Positions 41,512 to 54,331 are shown, counted from the stretch's first letter. The stretch is DNA of 64,000 bases from Eledone cirrhosa (GCA_964016885.1 OZ024756.1:40362001-40426000), one strand, 5' to 3'. Numbers and translations are program-made. The notes: generated by a model not told the origin, from the letters alone.

Positions 41512-41914
41512 CATATATACACACGTACACGGATGTATATTACGATGTTTTGTTCTGCGACTATTATCCTTTCTATATCACATGTTGCTACCTTACGACA
41601 TGGGCACTTGATTTCCTAGAAATAGCAATAAAATCCTCCCTGCAACCACTCAACTTGTCGTGCAACAGACAAAGAAAAGAGCACTACAAAACTGAAAAAG
41701 CTAGTGTCATTGTTGTGGATGTTGTGTTAGGAGATGGTCACGGTTGCTATGTCTCTCAAATTATAGGTGACCTCGATGACAACTGAGCTGGGTGGGAGTC
41801 AACAACAGCTATATGTTGTTGATAAAAATGGGTTGTTTCATTTGATTTTAAAAAAAGTTTTTAATTTTACCTTATCATGTTTGACTAAATAATAATAATA
41901 ATAATAATAATAAT

Positions 41915-42275
41915 GATATCTAATTTAAGCACAAGGCCAGTAATTAGGGGGGGGGGGGGGGGGCGTCCGATTAAATCGACCCTAATACATTACTGGTGCT
42001 TTATTTTATCGATTCCGTAAAGATGAAAGGCAAAGGTAACCTGGGCGGGATTTGAACTCAGAACGTAAATGATCGTAACTATATAACACAAAACATGTTG
42101 TGTGACGCTCTACCGAATACTGCTCATAACGACCCTCTACTTTCGGCTCAAGACCAACAATTTGAGGAGAAAGGCAGGGTAAAGTCGATTAAATCAATCT
42201 CAATATTTGACTGGTACTTTATTTTATCGACCCCAGAAGTGTGAAAGGCCGGATTTGAACTCAGTACGTTTTATC
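41915..42275 (-). mobile_element. Two adjacent SINE copies
   Basis: Two reverse-complement copies of the GTCGATAAAATAA.GTACCAG and GAGTTCAAATCC motifs. Confidence 0.8.
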
Positions 42276-42703
42276 CGTGTATACTGACTTTTTAAAAGCA
42301 TTTTGCATTTAATTCAACTGCTTTGTATTTATTCTTCTTTCTCAAAATAAGGGTGCGTGTTATACGCCGATAAATCCGGTATATGTTGTCAAGCATGTTG
42401 TCAGATTCATTGCCCTCAACCACACTGTTGTAATAACAAATTCTAGACTTGTTGGCGGTGTTGTTAAAACCACAGGTCATCTCTGGTTAAAAGTGTTGCA
42501 TTCGTGACAATCCCGACCCCACAACCCCACCCTCACAACCCCACCCTAGATATTATATAGCGAGGACTACACCATCTCCAAATATTTTATCACCCATTCC
42601 AACACTTTTAACAATGGTAGATGCTTGAAATGAGATGAAATGAAAATTTACACTTCACACCTATTTGGTGTTTCAATAGTAAAGCCTCCTCCACACCCCT
42701 TAA

Positions 42704-42926
42704 CCCTTTAACAGTTACATTACTCTATACTATTGTATTTTCATGGTAAACACTTTAATTCACATAATTATCTCGCATAATATCGACTCTATGAGATTTT
42801 GATATTATTTATTTTGAGAACAATACCTTAACATCAGTATGAGTGGCTGGTTACAACTGATTTGATTATGACCAGAAAGAGGTGAGAGAATTTTGGCTGG
42901 ATATGGCTGGTTTAAATGCTAAAGGG
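42704..42926 (-). mobile_element. piggyBac-type MITE
   Basis: TTAA|CCCTTTAAC...AATGCTAAAGGG|TTAA; internal reverse complement of 58410-58631. Confidence 0.85.
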
Positions 42927-43204
42927 TTAAATGAAGAGTCTTGCTCAAGAATACAGCCAGCCACCAAAATAAAGGTTCACACACTCTCCCCCCTCTCTTT
43001 CTTGAATGTTCAGTTATTACCTTACCTGTTTACTCTCTCTCTCTCTAATTCTGACAATGAAAGTGTGTAACTGTCCCCTTCCTGGGCCAACCTTCAAACA
43101 CAGCAGTAAAACACAAACCTCTAAAGATGACCATCCTGTTGACAGAATTGAGGACTTTTGCTATCAGGTATCAATTAGAATCAATTCAAATATTCCTTTT
43201 ATTC

Positions 43205-43390
43205 ACATGGCAGAATCGGTAGAGTGACAGACAAACTGCTTTGTGTCATCACCAAGGTTAGCTTCATCTTACATTCTTACAGAGTCGATAAAATAAAGTA
43301 CCAGTCATGAACTGGTGTCAATGTAATCAACTTTCCTCTCCCCCACACAAAAAATTGTTGGCCTTGTGCCTAAAGTAGAAACGATTATTA
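43205..43390 (+). mobile_element. SINE copy
   Basis: TGGCAGAATCGGTAGAG...GTCGATAAAATAAAGTACCAG...GGCCTTGTGCCTAAAGTAGAAAC. Confidence 0.75.
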
Positions 43391-43608
43391 ATCTGTTCCA
43401 TTGTATAATTTTTAGTCAACCCCCACCCCCTCTAATTCCGGGGGATGGGGGTGGTGGCTTATTTATTTAATGCCATTTTTAATACAATTTCTATTGCAAT
43501 GAGTCACAGTTTTAAACATTTAGAATTTAAAGGTTTCTTTTGTGAATAGAGAGGAAGTAAACTGACATTGACAGAATGATGTTTGGTTGGGGGGAGGGGA
43601 CCTCTCAC

Positions 43609-43677
<69 letters not shown>

Positions 43678-43692
43678 AATATATATATATAA

Positions 43693-44110
43693 TATTCAAA
43701 ATGTTAACAAATGAAAAATATTCGCATAATCAAAATATATACTTTATTGTCCCTTTTCCCTTCAAACAATTGCAATTCCTAGTGGTAATCATATATATTT
43801 CAAAGGTACTGTGCTGCTTTTTTCAGTACGTCCTCATCAGACAAAATATATGATTTGATATATGACATACCGCTACAGTCTTGATTATTCAATTCCCGTA
43901 TTGGCAGGAATTGAATAATCAAGACTGTAGCGGTATATCATATATCAAATCATATATTTTGTCTGATGAGGACGTACTGAAAAAAACAGCACAGTACCTT
44001 TGAAATATATATGATTCCCACTAGGAATTGCAATTGTTTGAAGGGAAAAGGGACAATAAAGTATATATTTTGATTATGCGAATATTTTTCATTTGTTAAC
44101 ATTTTGAATA
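43693..44110. repeat. 418-bp near-perfect palindrome (204-bp arms, 10-nt loop); each arm carries a family H1 hammerhead (43790-43846 -, 43957-44013 +)
   Basis: 43693-43896 is the reverse complement of 43907-44110 with about 3 mismatches; CTGATGA-GGACGTACTG..CAGTACCTTT-GAAA-TATATA-T. Confidence 0.9.
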
Positions 44111-44212
44111 ATATTAAAAACTCCAGGAAAACATTTTTTCTGTTGAGTGCTTCTAATTTATTGTAAAACTGTATTTGTTGAGTAATCAATGAACCATATT
44201 AATCTTTGGTGT

Positions 44213-44347
<135 letters not shown>

Positions 44348-44427
44348 GATAAATGAAACAAACAAAACAAAGGAAGTAATTTTACACAGTTATATTAGTT
44401 TCACGCTTGGAAGAAGTGGAGGAGGTT

Positions 44428-44460
44428 TCAACGTTTTGGACAGAAGTCTTTCTTCAGGAA
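44428..44460 (-). ncRNA. Degenerate family H2 hammerhead, divergently oriented to the 44631 copy
   Basis: Minus strand CTGAAGA-A-AGAC-TTCT-GTCC-AAAA-CG-TT. Confidence 0.5.
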
Positions 44461-44630
44461 AGTTTGGATAAAGAGAGGACAGATGTATGAGTAGTGTGAG
44501 AAGGTCAGGGAAGGAAGTCAACAGTTTTGCAAGGGATGTCAATATGAATGGACCTGTTATTTTTATCTAAAGACATTTTTTTCCAATTCAAGCCTGCCCA
44601 TCCCCTCAATCTATCTTAGTTCTCATTCTT

Positions 44631-44666
44631 TCTTCTGATGAAGGACTAGCGTCCGAAACGTTAAGA
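44631..44666 (+). ncRNA. Minimal hammerhead ribozyme, family H2, fully intact
   Basis: TCTT-CTGATGA-A-GGAC-TAGC-GTCC-GAAA-CG-TT-AAGA: stem I TCTT/AAGA, stem II GGAC/GTCC, palindromic ACGT helix III, GUU site. Confidence 0.8.
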
Positions 44667-44750
44667 CCCTCTTCCTGCTATATCAAGCATTAACCTAATA
44701 TATCCCTTCCATATACTGTACCGATTGTGTTGTTATTTCTGTGTACCTTT

Positions 44751-44787
<37 letters not shown>

Positions 44788-44957
44788 GAGTACTGGTGGA
44801 ATGTTCCAGTCAAAATGCAAACATAACAGAGCAGACATAGTGATATGTGGCAGGGGGGAAAAAAAGGCATGCACAGTAGTAGAAGTCAGCTGCCCAACAG
44901 ATGTCAATTTAATGTTAAAGATTAGCAAGAAAGAGAAGATTTATGTTGAACTAATGA

Positions 44958-45310
44958 GGACTACAGGTACACCAACCTGACCATACCTTTTAGATATATT
45001 TATACCTGTGATAATTGGGACTCTACAGGTACACCAACCTGACCATACCTTTTAGATATATTTATACCTGTGATAATTGGGACTCTACAGGTACACCAAC
45101 CTGACCATACCTTTTAGATATATTTATACCTGTGATAATTGGGACTCTACAGGTACATCAACCTGGCCATACCTTTTAGATATATTTATACCTGTGATAA
45201 TTGGGATACTACAGGTACACCAACCTGACCATACCTTTTAGATATATTTATACCTGTGATAATTGGGATACTACAGGTACACCAACCTGACCATACCTTT
45301 TAGATATATT
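44958..45310. repeat. 62-bp minisatellite, about 5.6 near-identical copies
   Basis: CTACAGGTAC at 44961, 45023, 45085, 45147, 45209, 45271. Confidence 0.95.
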
Positions 45311-45317
45311 TATATAT

Positions 45318-45642
45318 AGTGGTGGTGGTACTGATGATGGTAGTGGTGATAGTGGTGGTAGAGGTAGTGATGGTGGTGGTGGTGATGGCGGTAGAGGTTG
45401 TAATGGTGATGGTGGTGACGGTAGAGGTTGTAGTGGTGATGGTGGTGATGGTAGAGGTTGTAGTGGTGATGGTTATGGCGGTAGAGGTTGTAGTGGTGAT
45501 GGTGGTGGTAGAGGTTGTAGTGGTGATGGTGATGGCGGTAGAGGTTGTGATGGTGATGGCGGTAGAGGTTGTGATGGTGGTGGTGGTAGAGGTTGTAGTG
45601 GTGGTGGTGGTGGTAGAGGTTGTAATGGTGATGGTGGTGGCT
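45318..45642. repeat. GGTAGAGGTTGT-(GGT/GAT)n compound repeat
   Basis: Direct inspection. Confidence 0.85.
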
Positions 45643-45927
45643 ACTATAATGTGTGTGTGATGTCATTTGATTTTTAGCTAAATTCCAAATGACTTCACAC
45701 TTTCAAGAGAGAAGAAGGAAAGAAAATGTTGATAAAATAAAGCAAAGCTTGAAAAAAACTCAACAATTTACCAACAAAACTCCTGTAGGTTCCAATGGCC
45801 TCTGACCTACTTATTTAGAATATGTTCACATGTTTGTGTGGGTTTTGTGTGGTTTTGTGTTGAAGAGTTTCTAAAGGTCGGTGGAGGGTAGTGAGGGTGG
45901 GGGGTAGTGGTGGAGGGTAGTGAGTGT

Positions 45928-45960
<33 letters not shown>

Positions 45961-46602
45961 CTGGAACTAATTTTAAAATGGTAGGAAATAGAGGTGGGAA
46001 GGGAAGGGACAGATAGATAAAAGTTGTTTGTTAACAATGTTTGAGTGGTGGTAGGTGTATGTGTGTATGTATATGTGTGTGTGTCTATATGTGTGTGTGT
46101 GTATGTGTCTGTATATATGTGTGTGTCTGTATGTATATGTGTGTGTCACTGTATGTATATGTAGGTATGTATATATGTGTGTGTCAATGTATGAGTATAT
46201 GTATATGTGTGTGTGTCTGTATGTATGTGTGTATGTGTGTATATCTGTATGTATGTGTGTGTGTCAATGTATGTGTGTATGTATATGTGTGTGTGTCTGT
46301 ATCAATGTATGTGTGTATGTATATGTATGTATGTATGTGTGTGTCAATGTATGTGTGTATGTGTGTATATGTGTGTGTGTCTGTATGTATGTGTCTGTGT
46401 GTTTGTATATATATATATATATATGTATATATATTAACAAGGCGACCTGTTCCAGATCTGTCAAGATTACATCAGAAAGTTACATGAATAAAGAAATATT
46501 AATTATAATTGTATATATAATAACATATATACACACTCACATACACATACTTATATATATATACACAACAGAGTATATATGTGTGTATAATGTTTCTCTT
46601 GG

Positions 46603-46639
<37 letters not shown>

Positions 46640-47129
46640 TAATCACTGTCATTTTCTTTCTTTCTAACATATTTACACAACCCCCCCATGCCCCCCCCCC
46701 CCGCGCCATATTAACAGGCATCTGTTAATATACAAAAATAGTCCTTGTTATCATTGCTCAATCAGTTGTGTGGTCTTACAGAAGACCTCTGTCAAATATA
46801 ATATATGTATGGATCCCCCACCCCTGTAACTCCAAGGTCCACTTTGTTTTTCATCGTTTTCAGGTTAATAAAAAAAAAAGGTAGCAGTCCAGTACTGGGG
46901 TTGATTCTCCCCCCCACCCCCCTCTCTCAGCAAGAAACCGGCTATATTCAGACTTGATGAGGTGAGAGGAGGGGCTCTGCTAGGTTTAAAATCTCTCCCA
47001 GATACCCTGTATAGATCACTACGGCAACTCTATTACTCCATCAGAAATAAAGAATAACATTTCAGGTTCTGTTACCAGAATAGACCAATTTGGTCATTCA
47101 CAAAGCATTGTTCAATATAGATGACATTT

Positions 47130-47650
47130 AAACAGTTTCTACTTGTTTCATGACAACTTTCAGGTCTTGAATAATTGCCAAAGTCGCTATCTTCAATTCA
47201 GTATTCATGCCAACTCTTACCTATGGTCAAGAATCTTGGCTAATGACCGAAAGAATACAATCATAAATACAAGCAGCTGAAATAGGGTTTCTCCAAAGGG
47301 CCTTTGAAGTAATGTTACTAGAATAAAGTGCATAGCTCTGAGATGAGAGAGTCACTCTAAGTAGAGCTGCTACTTCTTTGAATTGGGAGATCATAGTTCT
47401 AATACTAAGTATGTGGTTAGAATGTCTCAGGAAAAATCACTGGATAGATTTTATGGGCAAAACCAACCAGCAGGAGACTCAGGGGTAGACTCCAAGCAAG
47501 ATGGTTGGTTAATATCCATGAGCTTGGCTGGTCTCACTAGGGGATCCAGCTGAATCAGTTGGAGACGGTTGCTTCTGACAGGACCTGCTGAAATGGGTGT
47601 TTGAGAACTCTGCCCTCACAACCCTCTCAGGAATAAAGTGGGAGAAGATT
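47130..47650 (+). mobile_element. Decayed RTE LINE 3' fragment
   Basis: AKVAIFNSVFMPTLTYGQESWLMTERIQS.IQAAE motif with stops. Confidence 0.75.
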
Positions 47651-48089
47651 TGTTTTGGTTTTGCCTATTTTTCTTGTTGACATTTTATCTAACTGTTGGT
47701 GAGTTTACATGTAAATGATATAAGACTATTGTCTATTGAATGATGATGATGTTGATGATGAACTTTGACCACTTCTGTGTGTGTGTGTCTTTGATCTCTT
47801 GTATGTGTATGTGTGTATGTTGGGTGTGGTTCACCAATCTGATACCAGGTGGAGTAAGATAATTACACATCCAGATGGAACAAAATGCCATTTAAGTAAT
47901 ATAAACTTTAAAGCTAAGTTGTTGCTGCTGCTGCTGTTGTGGTGGTTGTTGTTGTTGCCGTCACCGCCACCACCATTGCTTTTGTTGCTGTTGTTATTTG
48001 TTTAGCCCCAGGTCAGCACTGAGTGATCTCAATCTATGATCAAAGACATCCCAGATATGACCACTCCATCTCATCACAGATATATCTAT

Positions 48090-48392
48090 CTATCTAGGGC
48101 GGGTAAAATTCCCCGAGATCCATGGACGAGTTCTTTCCAGCGGTCTCTGTCCCTCATTATCGCTGCCATCTCCTGCGTCCCCAAGAGACCAGTGTCTGTC
48201 CTTAAGGCATCAACATGTTAACCTCAGTCTTCCTCTTCTAGTGTGTCCATGTAGGGGCTCCCATAGGAGCACTGAGTGCAGTGTCAACTCTGGATGTTGG
48301 TGAGCATGTCCAGCTAACCCCAGTCTCCTCTGTGTCACTTTTGAGCTGACTTTTGGGAGGCTCCCGTACAGCTCTGAGTTCTTCATCCTCAG
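48090..48392 (-). mobile_element. RTE-like LINE C-terminal fragment
   Basis: NSELYGSLPKVSSKVTQRRLGLAGHAHQHPE...VLLWEP.HG..RRGR. Confidence 0.7.
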
Positions 48393-48425
<33 letters not shown>

Positions 48426-49337
48426 AAAGACTACTAAGTCCAGTATTTTCTTATATTTCAATAAAGTACAGTATATGATTTGAGGGCGATTTGACTGTTG
48501 TTTCTAGCAGGTTTATCCACCATTTAACACTCCCTGTTGAGAGGAAGAGTAGCAGAGATTAAATATATATATAGGTTATCAGAAGTTCTTCCTGTATATA
48601 AAGATTACCTCTACATGTCTGCCAATAAAGGTGTCGCCCCTACTACACCTACACTGGGGCGAGGGTTGGCAGTATCGGAAGTGTCAGATGCCATTCTGCT
48701 ATTTGGTCTGGCTTTTTACATAATCTGAGTTTTAAAATATCAAATCAAAGTCAATTTTACCTGGGTTTAGCTGGCCCCTTAGAAGGTTGTATCTCATAGG
48801 AGGGTTCTGGGGCATCTTTTTTATGATAGGGGCCCCAGTCTTATCATGTGGTGGTGGTGGTGGTGATGGTATATAGTGACTGTGGTGGTGGTGGTGGTAT
48901 ATGGTGACTGTGGTGGTGCTGGTGCTGGTATATGGTGACTGTAGTAGTGGTGGTGGTGGTGGTGGTATATAGTGATTGCAATGGTGGTAGTGGTGGTATA
49001 TGGTGACTGTAGTAGTGGTGGTGGTGGTATCTTTTAGTAGTAAGCGGGTAAAAAGTGACAAACCAAGTAAGCCATATCATAAAAAAATATTTTCTGTAAA
49101 TCTAAGGAATGTTAGGAATGTGAGGAATTTGAGGAATGTTATGTTAATTAGAAGATTAATTATGATTCTATTATTTTTGATACTTTATCATCATCCCCCT
49201 CCTCATTCCCCTTCTCTTCATTATTATTATTATTGTCATTATTATAAATTGTATTTTACGCCCCCCCCCCACCACCATTGTCTTATACTGTCTTTAATGT
49301 TTCCTTAATGTGAGCCCTGTGTGGCTAATAAAGAAAT

Positions 49338-49556
49338 TAGGTGGATTGGCAGTATTGGTAGAGCGTCTCAGACGCCATACTCTGCAGCCCAGAGTTATGG
49401 CCCTTTACGTTCTGAGTTCAAATCCCACCGAGGTTAACTTTGCCTGTCATCCTTACAGGGGTCGATAAAATAAAGTACCAGTAATGTACTGGGGTTGATT
49501 TAATCGACTTTCCCCTCCCCTCAAATTGTTGGAATTGTGCCTAAATTAGAAACCGT
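49338..49556 (+). mobile_element. tRNA-type SINE, full length
   Basis: Same architecture as 27888-28074 including TACTGGGGTTGATTTAATCGACT. Confidence 0.85.
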
Positions 49557-49814
49557 CATCATCATCACCACTATCATCATCATCAACATCGTCATGGTAC
49601 TTGTCACTATAGTTACCACCTATATTTCTCTCACAACTGTTGCCATGGCACCTTATCAAATCCATCACCTGGCTAACAAGGAGCCCAGGTAATAAAAACA
49701 AAAAAAAACAGATGTTGTTAACAGGTATTTAAAAGGTGTCTGAGCATAATTTTAATTTGCTGTTGATAAACAGATGTGATTCTAAGGTTGCATACCCTTT
49801 CTAACTCTCTTTCC

Positions 49815-50075
49815 TCCACCACCACCACCTCCACCACTAAACCACTCCCTTCACCACCACCTCCACCACCAAACTGCACCCCTTCACCACCACCAAACTG
49901 CACTCCCTTCACCACCACCACCTCCACCACCAAACTGCACCCCTTCACCACCACCAAACTGCACTCCCTCCACCACCAAACTGCACCCCTCCACCACCAC
50001 CAAACTGCACTCCCTCCACCACCAAACTGCACCCCTTCACCACCACCAAACTGCACTCCCTTCACCACCACCCAC
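49815..50075. repeat. ACCACCAAACTGCAC(C/T)CC minisatellite
   Basis: About 8 copies. Confidence 0.85.
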
Positions 50076-50436
50076 CACTTTCCAATTACCAACAGTCAGT
50101 ATTTCAGACGAAATATTATTTTTCTGTAACTAAAACTTCAGTATTTGAGCTGAGCTAGAATATCCTAAGAAGGCTATGGGTATGCCCCATTCTCTCGTTT
50201 ATCTCAGGCTACTGACTAAAACATAGACTAAAGCTAATCTGTTGGTGACTTCAGCTGAAACTGTTTGATCAATGGAACAGCCTGCTCATGTAATTAACAT
50301 GTGAGTGGCAGAGCATTCCACAGACATGAGTACCCTTAATGTAATTCTCAGGGAGATTCGGCATGACTTAATGTGTGTGACAAAGCTGTCCTTTGAATTA
50401 CTGCAGAGAACCGGAACAAATACCGCAAAGCATTGT

Positions 50437-50697
50437 ATCTGAAGTTCTAAAGACTCTACCAATTCTATCTAAAGTTCTAAAGACTCTACCAATTCTATCT
50501 AAAGTTCTAAAGACTCTACCAATTCTATCTAAAGACTCTACCAATTCTATCTAAAGTTCTAAAGACTCTACCAATTCTATCTGAAGTTCTAAAGACTCTA
50601 CCAATTCTATCTGAAGTTCTAAAGACTCTACCAATTCTATCTGAAGTTCTAAAGACTCTACCAATTCTATCTGAAGTTCTAGAGACTCAACCAATTC
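50437..50697. repeat. 30-bp minisatellite ATCT(G/A)AAGTTCTAAAGACTCTACCAATTCT, about 9 copies
   Basis: Direct inspection; begins at the end of a SINE-like sequence. Confidence 0.95.
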
Positions 50698-51220
50698 GCT
50701 GCCTTTTAAAAGATACTTAAAACATTCTAAATATCAAAATATTAACACTTCTGGTCACTGACAGTTTGACTGGAAATATATGAGTGACCTGGTTGTAAAT
50801 AAATGTTAAGTCAATTTAATATTTTTTCGAAGTTTTTTACTGACTTTTCTATGAATATAATTGCTAGATATCTCTGGGAAGGATAGATTAATGACTTTAA
50901 CTCGTTGCACATTTAATCTATCTCATTTGAATCTAATTAAAACTAATCCAGTTAGTCGTTAGGTGGACATAAAGATTATCTTCTGCCTAGTATTTCTAGA
51001 CACCATTCTACATCTGATGTTATTTAAAGAACCAAATATAACATGATTAACAAAACTTTAATTTTCATCTTTTTTTTTTATTATGAATTATTTTTGGTTT
51101 TAGATATTTTTATTATAATTTTTTTCTTTTATTTAGTCAATATATTGATTTCTTCTAAACTGGTCTAATTTTTGTTTATTTATTTTACATTTTTTAATCA
51201 GAGGGATAAAGATGATTTAA

Positions 51221-51441
51221 CCCTTTAGCATTTAAACCAGCCATATCCGGCCAGAATTCTCTCACCTTTTTCAGTTCAAATTGGCCATAACTTGCCCCTC
51301 ATACTAACTTTAAGGTATTGTTCTCAAAATAAATGATATCAAAATCTCATAAATTCGATATTATGTGAGATAATTATGTAAAGTAAAGCCTTTACTATGA
51401 AAATCCAATAGTATATATAGAGTAATGTAAATGCTAAAGAG
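51221..51441 (+). mobile_element. piggyBac-type MITE
   Basis: TTAA|CCCTTTAGCATTTA...TAAATGCTAAAGAG|TTAA. Confidence 0.85.
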
Positions 51442-51634
51442 TTAAAACAATATTTTAGCCCATCTGATACCAAACCACCTGAAACTGTCTCTGGTTCTAT
51501 GCTGTTTATTTTAAGGTGTTTATATTTATCTAAAAACATCCTTCTCCTTAATGTCCTTCCAGCCACCACCAGCTTGAAATATATCCCAGCCACCACAATT
51601 AATGTCCACCATTTTGTCTTATATTTCAGGCGAC

Positions 51635-51740
51635 ATGAAGCAAAACTTCCCTCGTTTGTTTGCCATTTTCGTTGCAATTTTGATGTTTGTAATCGCTGTC
51701 ATAATTACAACCGTAGCATCAATTCCAAATATGCGCACGG
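51635..51740 (+). CDS. TSPO/MBR-like membrane protein A, coding exon 1 (TM1)
   Basis: Acceptor TTTCAG|GCGACATG; MKQNFPRLFAIFVAILMFVIAVIITTVASIPNMRT-G; donor G|GTAAGT (phase 1); missed by the ORF track. Confidence 0.85.
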
Positions 51741-52094
51741 GTAAGTTGAAATTGTTTCATCACTTAACACTTTTCTAACCATATTTCTAAATTAAATTAT
51801 AGCTGTCTCCTATGTTGTTGTTGATAAAGCTCACACCTGTAGGTTTAGCTGGCCTAACTAAGTTGTTGTTACAGTTCACAAAGAAATTAACAGGGTGCTT
51901 TTGTGGTGTCACCAACATAACCACATTGCTTTTAAAGGTCCATATGACATTGAATTGTACATGTTTCAGGGCCCATATCTTGACTGTTAAAATGTACATG
52001 TTTAAGGGTCCATATCTTGACTTTGTTAAATTATACATGTTTAAGGGCCCATATCTTAGCATACTTTTAAACAAGCTATCATTTTATATTTCAG

Positions 52095-52467
52095 GATTGT
52101 TTAAACAGACAATTGCTAATGTGTCGAGAAAATATCCCACCAGTATTACACCTGCTGATCAGACATTCTTCATTTGGCCAGTGATTTTCCTGTGGCAGGC
52201 GATGTGGCTTATCTATGGACTTTCATTGATCTGTCGGACTCGTTGTAACTACTATCTCTATGACTTCCCACCAATTTTGACAACAATGTTTTATGTTGCA
52301 TTTGTCTTCAGCAGCATATTTATAATTGCCTGGGCATTTGTATGGACCCAGGAGAAGTTGACGTGGGCTCTAGGCATGCTGATTGCTTCGGCAGCTTGTC
52401 TCTACCTCTGTCTTTATTATTCATTTAAAAACCTCTACAACTTCCTCAACTTACTTTATAAAGAAGA
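52095..52467 (+). CDS. TSPO/MBR-like membrane protein A, coding exon 2
   Basis: TTTCAG|GA; LFKQTIANVSRKYPTSITPADQTFFIW...LYKE-GA|GTAAGT (phase 2); frame-compatible with exons 1 and 3. Confidence 0.9.
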
Positions 52468-52904
52468 GTAAGTATAAGTTAACTCTTAACATCCTCTCAT
52501 CATTTGGCTAGAAATATCTAAAAATGAGTTTAATTCAAATCATCATCGCTGCCACCATCATTACCATTTCACCTGTTATTCATGAGTTACATGGGTTGTC
52601 ACATTATGAGGTTTGGTTTCTATGGCTGGATGCCCTTCCTAATGCCAATCATTTTATAGCATTTATTGGCTCTATACCACCTTACATGGGAGTGTTTTAT
52701 CATGGCACCAGCACTATCACCTTACAGGGTGAACTGGGTGTGTTTTATCATGGCATCAGTACTGCCACCTTGCAGGGTGGACTGGATACTTTTTGTCATG
52801 ACACCCAACTTACCAGATTACAGAGTGCATTTGGTGGTGTCAGCACTACCACGATCCTAAGCATATTGTTGGGAGAATTTGCAGTATTATGCAAAAGACA
52901 TTAA

Positions 52905-53112
52905 CCCTTTACAATTTAAACTGGCTATATCCGACCAGAATTCTCTCGCCTCTTTCTGTTCAAACTGGCCGTAATCAACTGCTCATACTGATGTTAAGGT
53001 ATTGTTCTCAAAATAAATAATATCAAAATCTCTTAGATTCAATATTATGTGAGGTAAAGCCTTTACTGTGAAAAAAGAATAGTAAATATAAAGTAATGTA
53101 AATGTTAAAGGG
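52905..53112 (+). mobile_element. piggyBac-type MITE in intron
   Basis: TTAA|CCCTTT...TAAAGGG|TTAA. Confidence 0.85.
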
Positions 53113-53201
53113 TTAAACCAGTCATAGTGATGTGTTATCTTTTCTTCCTTCCATTGTATTAACCATAATTTGTTTCTAACTCTGTTTTTTGTATTTTCCA
53201 G

Positions 53202-53655
53202 TCTTTGCAGTGATGTTTGGTTGATGCGTATGCTGGTTCACAATGGACTGGCGTTCTATGCCACGTGGATTACTTTTGCTTCACTTCTTAACTTTGCCAT
53301 TGTTCTCATTGACAGCTGTAACATGGAAAAAAACTTGGCTGGTACAATCGCACTTGGTATTGCAGCCTTGTTTATGCTGTTGTGGTTTATGTTGGACTGC
53401 ATAATACTCGACAAATACGTCCGCTATACATTCTCACCATACGTTGTCATGATTGTGGCATTCTCAGGAATAATGGTAGCAAACTTTGATTTGTCTCTCT
53501 CTCCAAGAAACTCCATTTTGACATGTGTATTGCTTGTGTTGTCGAGTATAATGCTTCTCTGTAAGTTGATCACAGTCATATGGTTACATATCCACCAACC
53601 AATTATCATAAAGGCACCAATATATGCCCTGCCAACAACCCACAACATGCACTGA
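53202..53655 (+). CDS. TSPO/MBR-like membrane protein A, last exon (total CDS 933 nt, ~310 aa, ~8 TM)
   Basis: TTTTCCAG|T; LCSDVWLMRMLVHNGLAFYATWITFASLLNF...LDKYVRYTFSPY..., TGA at 53653-53655; aligns with paralogues B and C. Confidence 0.9.
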
Positions 53656-54132
53656 GAAGAATTGGAAGCAGCCGGAAAAAAACTCACACACAAACATGAT
53701 GAAACCTTGAGAATGTACGACATTTACTTATTAGCTTCACGCACGCACGTGTGTGTGCAGACACACGCATATATATATATATATATATATATACATACAG
53801 ACAGATACATATATATATATATACATGCACACGTGTGTGTATATATATATATATATATACAGACAGATACATATATATATATATACATGCACACGTGTGT
53901 GTATATATATATATATACAGATTTATTTTTGTTATGGAGGTGTAGGATGTGTAAATATTTTTGATGTTCTTTCTAAACATTTGACAAATTCCTTCTCTTG
54001 TCTATTTGGTTCTCTGTGTCTCTCTCTCTCTCTATACACACACACACACATCTCCATGTGATATTGACGGATGTGAGAATGTGCACTCAATACTGAAGTA
54101 TAGTTTATTCTTCATTATGGCTAAGTGATGAG

Positions 54133-54181
54133 TCTTTTTACTCTGGAGTTTCACCTCCACTCACAGGATCATCAGACAAGA
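54133..54181 (-). ncRNA. Hammerhead motif with partial inverted copy at 54190-54218
   Basis: Minus strand TCTTGT-CTGATGA-TCCT-GTGAGTGG-AGGT-GAAA-CTCCAGAG-TA-AAAAGA; GUA site; helix III ACTC-CA-GAGT. Confidence 0.7.
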
Positions 54182-54288
54182 GCACAAGGGAAACTCTAGG
54201 GTAAAAAGAACTCATCATTGTGTGTGTGTATATATATACATATATGAATATATTATGTGTGTGTGTGTGTGTGTATATATATTATACA

Positions 54289-54331
<43 letters not shown>

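Noticed and set aside
44958-45310. Regular 62-bp repeats (also 50437-50697, 9755-10215, 59255-59760) as CRISPR-like arrays
   Set aside because: Head-to-tail units without unique spacers, eukaryotic context and no cas genes; these are ordinary minisatellites
51812-52094. N-terminal extension of ORF 51812-52471 (also 53170-53201 and 62316-62376)
   Set aside because: Intronic sequence upstream of clear acceptors; homology among paralogues begins at the acceptor
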